A stretch of DNA of 64,000 bases from contig OZ024743.1 in the NCBI GenBank assembly GCA_964016885.1, positions 55,304,001 to 55,368,000 of the forward strand. The letters are read 5' to 3'. The notes below the pieces were generated by a model that saw only the letters and a program-made list of their open reading frames with translations, was not told where the DNA came from and searched no databases. The translations under genes and the position numbers were made by a program. Shown here piece after piece: positions 56,788-64,000 of the stretch. This DNA is from Eledone cirrhosa. Lineage: Eukaryota. Positions within the stretch are counted from its first letter, which is position 1. Every line of letters starts with the position of its first letter.

Positions 56788-58788
56788 TAAGGTGTGTCAT
56801 AAAAAGCAAGGTCACAATACTAACGCTCCCTGTGTATTTACCCATTGTAAATGCCCCAATTGGTAAAATAAAACATATTTTCTATAAAACAAATTATTTT
56901 GAGCCTTGCCTATATCATCGTGATTATAGTGGAAAGTGTGATTATGTTGCATGAAATCATGAAAATGTGAAACCAAATATGACCATACAATAATTGTTTA
57001 TTTTATTAATCCATTATATTTAGTAAACCATCTTTGAATATAAAGGCGTACAAGGAAGAAACAAGTTCAGTTAAGTTAACTCCAGTCATATTTTTTCAGA
57101 GTTTCTTTTTTGAAATCCGGGACCGTGCGACGATGAGCTTCGACTACTTGAAGAACACACTGCTTCTCCTCTCATTCTTGGTGATGGCAACAAAATCAGT
57201 TATCAACTTGACTGCTCTCACCACCAGATCGTTGACTACCTTGATATTGTGAACAACAGCACAGGCATTTTGATATGACGCTTGTGATGACCAAGTTGCA
57301 GGTGACAGCTTAAGCCAAATATCGTCGAGACCAAGGAGATCAAACAGAAGCCTTGATTTCTTCCCAACTAGATGAGGCAGCTTCGTGGACGACTTCAACT
57401 CGGGAAATACTGGAGCACCACGGTCGAGAGGCCCAGACGTTTTCGTTTTGACAAGACGTTGGGCTATTTGTTTCTTCTCGGACTCTTGGACCTGACTTGA
57501 AAACAGCGCTAGCGGAATGGCCTCCTCCGTCAGGTACCAAAGATGCCTGTTCAGAGCAGTAGTGGCTGCCTGCGAGAGATCTCTGTCAACCTTACTGTAC
57601 TGTGTCAACTCCACGTAGAATTGAAGGTCATGGAAGATGCATCAGCACACTTGACTGCTGTCAGCCAGTATCGCACGTAGAACAGAGCATTGAACATACA
57701 GATCCGGCGCAACTTTTCCATTTTGGCTTGATCATAATTGAGTCGCTCACCAGATGCATACATCTTTGCACTATAGATGATTGTGGACATCCACCGAGCG
57801 TTATGATGTGCACCAGACAGCATCCAATGAATTCCACGAGGAGGGGTGACACCAAGCAAGATCAACATCAACTTGGCACATTCTCTGTAGATGTCCCGTG
57901 GAAGAGAACTCATTTTCCCATCGTCGGATGTCAGCAAATCTTGGAGGAACTTGATGTTCTCAGAACACAGACGCTTGAGTCTCCGGTCGACAATGTTCAA
58001 TGTTTTAAAGTTGGTCTTGTCCTGAGTGACACCCAGTCTTTTTATGAACTCCTTGAACTCTGGGGTGTCTGGACATTGCTCCGAATAGTTGTTTCCACAC
58101 TGCACACAAGATACGCTCCATGACATGGTGCCGACAAGCAAAATAAAACACCTTTTTGTTGAGCATCTCTTCTAGTTTAAAACGCAGGCACCATTTTTCC
58201 ATCCAGAATTCGAAGCAGTTGTGTCGAAGACCAAGCCCACCACAGACATATCAACATTCCAATATTTAACAAGATCAAATGATGCTTTGGCTTGGGTGGT
58301 TCCAGTGCCATCAGGAATTATGGGAACACCAAGGAATTTACCTTCTCTGAAGTCCGGAGTTCCAGCAAATGGTCACCAGGAATTATTTTGCCATCCCAAT
58401 GCAAGGCAACAAAGTCTGGTACAGCAAATTGTTCCTTTATGTGTTCAGCCCCCACAGTTCTGATCTTCTTATCTGCACGTCTGCTACTATTCTTGGAGAC
58501 AGTTGTGGCGTCTATGTCAGTTCCACCCTCAGAAATAATCGATGCCATAAACATATTGCCCCAGGAGCCATATTTCTGGATCATCACAACGGAGCGAGTA
58601 GCTACAACTAGGCCCACTGGTTTCCGCCATTATTCTGCCAATTTGCAACTATTAGGCAAGGCTTAAATTAGTCTGAAATAATCAAAATTACATTATAAAT
58701 TGATAATATACAAAATGGCATGAGAAAATGCATAGGGAGCTAAGAAAAAAACACTTTTATATAAAATGTGTGATTCTGGAACACCCTA
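56788..58788 (-). mobile_element. hAT-superfamily (hATm-like) transposon with degenerate transposase
   Basis: Perfect 8-bp TSD gtgtgcat; termini taaggtgtgtca / tggaacacccta; LHWDGK, FDTTASNSG, CRHH, HNARWM, RHLWYL, VVND motifs. Confidence 0.85.
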
Positions 58789-59020
58789 GTGTGCATATAT
58801 TAATATATATATTAATGTATATATATATATATATGAATGTATATATAGTATATTTGATAATATACTGTATGTTTATTTAAAAACATTTTGAAGACCATTC
58901 GCTATGAGTTTTAAAGTAGTGACCCTGTCACTTACTTTGCCTCGGCAAAAACAAAGGGAAGCAACCGACAGGTGTTTCTCGTTTGTTAACGGTTATCAAG
59001 ATTGCTCATCCCTCCGCTTC

Positions 59021-59069
<49 letters not shown>

Positions 59070-59074
<5 letters not shown>

Positions 59075-59145
59075 TATCCCAATAAATGTATACACACTTC
59101 TACAGCATTCAAATCAAAGTGTGTTTATATTTTTGGGACACCCTG
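59070..59145. mobile_element. Tiny Tc1-type MITE (family of 2964-3062)
   Basis: ggtatcccaataaatgtatacacactt ... aagtgtgtttatatttttgggacaccctg. Confidence 0.7.
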
Positions 59146-59350
59146 TATATATATATATTGTTTTCTTTTGTTTTTTATATTTCTTCATTGTACTGTATCG
59201 TTTCCTTTAATGTTTCTGTTTATAATGTACCAATCAAAGCGTTCCTTATAATCGGCTCACTTCTACCCAAAACTCATGATTTTCGGCTGAATTAGAACCC
59301 ATTATTATTATTATCAGTGTTGTTGTTGTTGATTTTGTTGTTTACTTCAG

Positions 59351-59371
59351 ATGTGTATAGCTTCGGTTCCC
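59351..59371 (+). other. Candidate 21-nt microexon
   Basis: T-rich tract tttacttcAG|atgtgtatagcttcggttccc|GTaagg; frame-preserving length. Confidence 0.25.
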
Positions 59372-59492
59372 GTAAGGTTCTTTTTTCCTTTGTTTAAAAC
59401 ACACAATTTGTTGTTAATAACTTACCCTAATACACACCACGGAGTGGGCTGCCCTTCAAATTCCGAATACTTGGTTGAACATAATCCAGCAA

Positions 59493-60443
59493 TCTATATA
59501 TATAAAACTGTGGTTGTCTGTCTGTCTATCGATTTTTGGCACACATCTCCTCTTAGAATCTCTCACGGAATTGCACCGAAATTGCTATACTTGTACATTG
59601 AGCCCTAGCGAAGACATCGGAAAAAAAAAATTTCAAATTGACCCACCCTATGTGACGAAATCGAATATAATGTATCGATTTTTGAGCGTAAGTGATCAGT
59701 TATTTCCCTTTGTTCTGTTTACATTGAGCGTCTTACGTAAAAAATTACGCTGGCTTTAACAGTTGTCGAGCCAGCAAAATATTGACCTGCAAAATTCATC
59801 AGTTCGAACACTAAGCTTCCGTTTTGCTTCATTTCCATTTAAAAGCATCTTAAAACAATATTTTTACTTGAAAACAAGCCTATTTAAAGACTACGTAAAA
59901 CAAGCAAATATTTCGTCGTTAGGCGTGCAGACAGACAGTCGTGCAGACAGACAGTCGTGCAGAGAGGTGATATACGCGTGCAGACAGACAGTCGTGCAGA
60001 GAGGTGATATAGGCGTGCAGACAGACAGTCGTGCAGAGAGGTGATATAGGCGTGCAGACAGACAGTCGTGCAGAGAGGTGATATAGGCGTGCAGACAGAC
60101 AGTCGTGCAGAGAGGTGATATAGGCGTGCAGACAGACATAACTGATAATTTGGTTACGCTAATGTTTTTCTCTGCGTTGCAGTGTTTACATTTTCGATCT
60201 TTGTTAATAAATAACCAGTGCAGTTTCTATCCCCAGCATCCTCTTTTGTTATAACATTCGGGTTATCGTTATGTTTTCTTAACTTCATAAGGCATATTGT
60301 TGGTTGAGGGAATATTAATCAAAAACACCACATGCAAGTCTGCACAGTAGACACTACAGTTTTTAAGCCAAAAAAGAAACTTAACATTGTAACTTTAACA
60401 CAGCTACTGAGCGACCCCGAGCAACGCCGGGCTTTACTGCTAG
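59493..60443 (+). mobile_element. Non-autonomous Helitron with internal 37-bp minisatellite (59921-60137)
   Basis: A|TCtatatatataaaac ... cccgagcaacgccggg...CTAG|T. Confidence 0.85.
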
Positions 60444-60609
60444 TACAATATAAAATCACCACCAGCTTGCCCAATAATAACAAAAACATTCTCTTCTCTC
60501 TACAGTCATCAACATGACATAAGGCAACAACAAAATATGTGAAGCCACATTAAAAAATCACGTTTTTATTCAGGGTACTAGAAGTCTTTCTTTGGAATGT
60601 CTCCCCCTT

Positions 60610-61010
60610 TGCTTCTAGCGGGGGACTGGAAAGGTATTTTGGGAGGACATCTCAATTGAACCGAAGAGCTAGGTCGGTATATATTGACATCACCGTGATA
60701 GTGTCGAGCGCCTCGGAAATCGAGACAGTTGGCACCTACATAAAGAAGTACGAAACATTGACAAGAGCAAAGATTAACCCGGACAAGTCACTGCGTTTGC
60801 TGCGCAGCATCTGCAGTGGAATGTCCATGCTGTCCAACAGCCTTGTGAGGTGCTGGACGGACGAAGCGGTTAAATTGCACGGATCTAGTTTGGTCTCTAC
60901 CACCAAGTAGATATGAATTGGGACGTGTAACGAGCAAGGTAGTCAATCTCACACAAAAATGGTCCGAGCGGAAGCTATTCTTGAAAAATCGGGCAGGGGT
61001 GGCCAACGCC
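60610..61010 (+). mobile_element. Tx1/L1 RT fragment, degenerate
   Basis: YIDITVIVS...YETLTRAKINPDKS, then WSERKLFLKNRAGV; L1-group RT palm/thumb. Confidence 0.7.
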
Positions 61011-61184
61011 TAAATTTGAAACCGTTATTTAGTTAAGAAGTCAGTGGATTAATATCCTCCATGGGTCAAATCAAGAGTTAGTCAATTAGTTTGTTTTATC
61101 ACAGCCAACCCCACTCACACACCCAGTCCAAAATACTGGGGGAACCTTTGCCTAAATTTGAACCCATCATTACTAGTGTTATCA

Positions 61185-61800
61185 AAGAGCGGTTGATTGG
61201 CAGTATCGGTAGAGCATCGGACAACTTGCTTTACGGTATATAGTCACGACCCTTTAGGTTCTGTGTTCAAATCTCACCGAGGTTAGCTTTGCCTTTCATC
61301 CTTTCGGGATCGATAAAATAAAGCACCAGTAATGCACTGGGGTCGATTTAATCGACTTTCCCCTTCTCCCAAATTGCTGGCCTTGTGCTTAAATCAGAAA
61401 CCAATATTTGAGGGTGATAGATTTCGCAGAATCGGTAGAGCGTCGAATAAAATGCTTTTGCAGTATTCAGTTATGGCCCTTATCCCTACCTAGAATCGGT
61501 AGAGCGTCGAACTAAATGCTTTTGCAGTATTCAGTTATGGCTCTTGCCCCTACCCAAAATTGTTGGCCTTGTGCTTATATCAGAAACACTTATTATTGTT
61601 GTTGTTGTAGCTATGGCGGTAGATCGGCAGTATCGATAGAGTATCGATAGAGTATCGGACACCAACATTTTTAACCTAGTGCTAATGTTAGGAATAATTA
61701 ATTTTGTTATCACTTTTCATCTTCTGTGATCGATAAAATAAAGTACCAGTCAAGTACTTGGGTCGCTAATAACCCTTTCCCCTCACACACATACACAAAA
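61185..61800 (+). mobile_element. Tandem SINE copies (one full, several partial)
   Basis: Head and core gcctttcatcctttcgggatcgataaaataaagcaccagt; repeated heads at 61410 and 61612. Confidence 0.75.
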
Positions 61801-62400
61801 TAAATAAATTGCAAGACCTTATGTTAAAGCGTTATTTAGTAATGAAATTATTTACTTATTTAATATAAGATGGTGGCTGGCAAGAGAGGGAGAGAGGGTA
61901 GCAATGTATAAAATCTAGATTATTAACGACATCAGATATCCGTGAAGTTTGTCAGGACCTTTTAGTTAAGACGTCAGTTGAATAATATCGTCGAAGGGGG
62001 TCACAGGGTTGGAGCTTTGAAAAGAGGGGCGGGCATTGACGTAAAGGAAATATAGAAAGGAGAAAGGGAGGGGGGATGAAAGAGACGACAGTGTGAGTGA
62101 AAGTGATAAAGGGTTATGTGTGGTATAGTGTGGTTGGGGGTTGGCGGTGGATGCCTCGGTTGTCAGGAGTTCATTCCCGTTGTTTTTACGTCAACAGCAA
62201 TAATCTTTCTTCCTCGACTGCACTAATGGACGTACGTGTGTGCCTGTATGTGTGTGTGTGTATGTGTGTGTGTGTGTGTACACGTGTATGTGTCTATGTG
62301 TGCGTATGTATGTCTTTGGTTCTTTAATGTCTGTGTAGTCGCAACGACCATTTTATACACATGTATATATGCACACACATATATATGTACATATATATAC

Positions 62401-62484
<84 letters not shown>

Positions 62485-62732
62485 ATATATGTGAGTGTGT
62501 GCGTGTGTGTCTGTGTGTGTATAAAATATGTGTATATATTTATATATATGCATACATTTGTATGAATATATAAATATATGTATATACACACACACACATA
62601 TGTATGTGTGTGTGTGTGTGTGTATATATATAAACACACACATATATATATGTGTGTGTGTTTATATATATATATATATATAGATATAGATATTTACACA
62701 CACACACAAACACACACATATATATATATATA

Positions 62733-62819
<87 letters not shown>

Positions 62820-62931
62820 GTATGTGTGTGTATATGGATAGAAAATAAAGTAGAATGGTGGATGAGGATGGCGAAATGGTCGTGTGGATAGGGTGAAGAT
62901 AGCAGTGAAAGTGATGGGATGTAAATTGTAG

Positions 62932-64000
62932 GGAGGGAGGGGTGGAGGGAGGAGTGGAGGGAGGAGTGTAGGGAGGAGTGTAGGGAGGGGTGTAGGGAGG
63001 AGTCTAGGGAGGAGTGTAGGGAGGGATGTAAGGAGGGGTGTAGGTGGGGGTGTAGGGAGGAGTCTAGGGAGGAGTGTAGGGAGGGATGTAGGGAGGGGTG
63101 TAGTGGGGGGTGTAGGGAGGAGTGTAGGGAGGTGTGTAGGGAGGGGTGTTGGGAGGGGTGTAGGGAGGTGTGTAGGGAGGAGTGTAGGGATTGGTGTTGG
63201 GAGGGGTGTAGGGAGGTGTGTAGGGAGGAGTGCAGGGAGGGGTGTAGGGAGGAGTGTAGGGAGGGGTGTAGGGAGGGGTGTTGGGAGGAGTGTAGGGAGG
63301 AGTGTAGGGAGGGGTGTTGGGAGGGGTGTAGGGAGGAGTGTAGGGAGGAGTGTAGGGAGGGGTGTAGGGAGGAGTGTAGGGAGGAGTGTAGGGAGGGGTG
63401 TAGGGAGGGGTGTAGGGAGGAGTGTAGGGAGGAGTGCAGGGAGGGGTGTTGGGAGGAGTGTAGGGAGGGGTGTAGGGAGGGGTGTAGGGAGGAGTGTAGG
63501 GAGGGGTGTAGGGAGGGGTGTAGGGAGGAGTGTTGGGAGGGGTGTAGGGAGGTGTAGGGAGGAGTGTAGGGAGAGGTGTAGGGAGGAGTATAGGGAGGGG
63601 TGTTGGGAGGGGTGTAGGGAGGTGTGTAGGGAGGAATGTAGGGAGGGGTGTTAGGAGGGGTGTAGGGAGGTGTGTAGGGAGGGGTGTAGGGTGGGGTGTA
63701 GGGAGAGTCTCTGGGAGGGGTGTAGGGAGGGGTGTAGGGAGGACTGTAGGGAGGAGTGTAGGGAGGGGGTGTTGGGAGGGTTGTAGGGAGGAGTGTAGGG
63801 AGGGGTGTAGGGAGGTGTGTAGGGAGGGGTGTAGGGAGGTGTGTAGGGAGGAGTGTAGGGTGGGGTGTAGGGAGGAGTCTAGGGAGGGGTGTAGGGAGGG
63901 GTGTAGGGAGGGGTGTAGGGAGGAGTGTAGGGAGGGGTGTTGGGAGGGGGTAGGGAGGAGTGTAGGGAGGGGTGTAGGGAGGTGTGTAGGGAGGAATGTA
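62932..64000. repeat. G-rich 12-bp minisatellite (gggaggrgtgta)n, running off the window
   Basis: More than 80 variant units; explains the GRSV/CREE ORFs. Confidence 0.95.

Noticed and set aside
63103-63654. GRSV / CREE repeat proteins
   Set aside because: Translation of the 12-bp minisatellite.

Overview
Eukaryotic, AT-rich, microsatellite-saturated non-coding DNA. Cephalopod (Octopus-like) origin is inferred from the SINE families and the (TA)n/(CA)n/(GA)n density. No intact host gene is recognisable, and most ORFs in the track are simple-repeat artefacts. The window holds many mostly decayed transposons: RTE, BovB-like, CR1-like and Tx1/L1 LINEs, tRNA-derived SINEs (some in tandem arrays), at least six Helitrons (one with Pif1-like helicase remnants), an hAT (hATm-like) element with an 8-bp TSD, several MITEs, and Penelope-like elements (PLEs) with a GIY-YIG endonuclease. 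The most notable signal is a dense set of minimal type-I hammerhead ribozyme motifs in several unrelated PLE-type sequences. Most sit in or next to (TA)n tracts, several lie in perfect fold-back palindromes, and two hairpins pivot on what looks like ribozyme stem II. All calls are by eye, with no database searches, and boundaries are approximate unless a TSD or terminus is cited.
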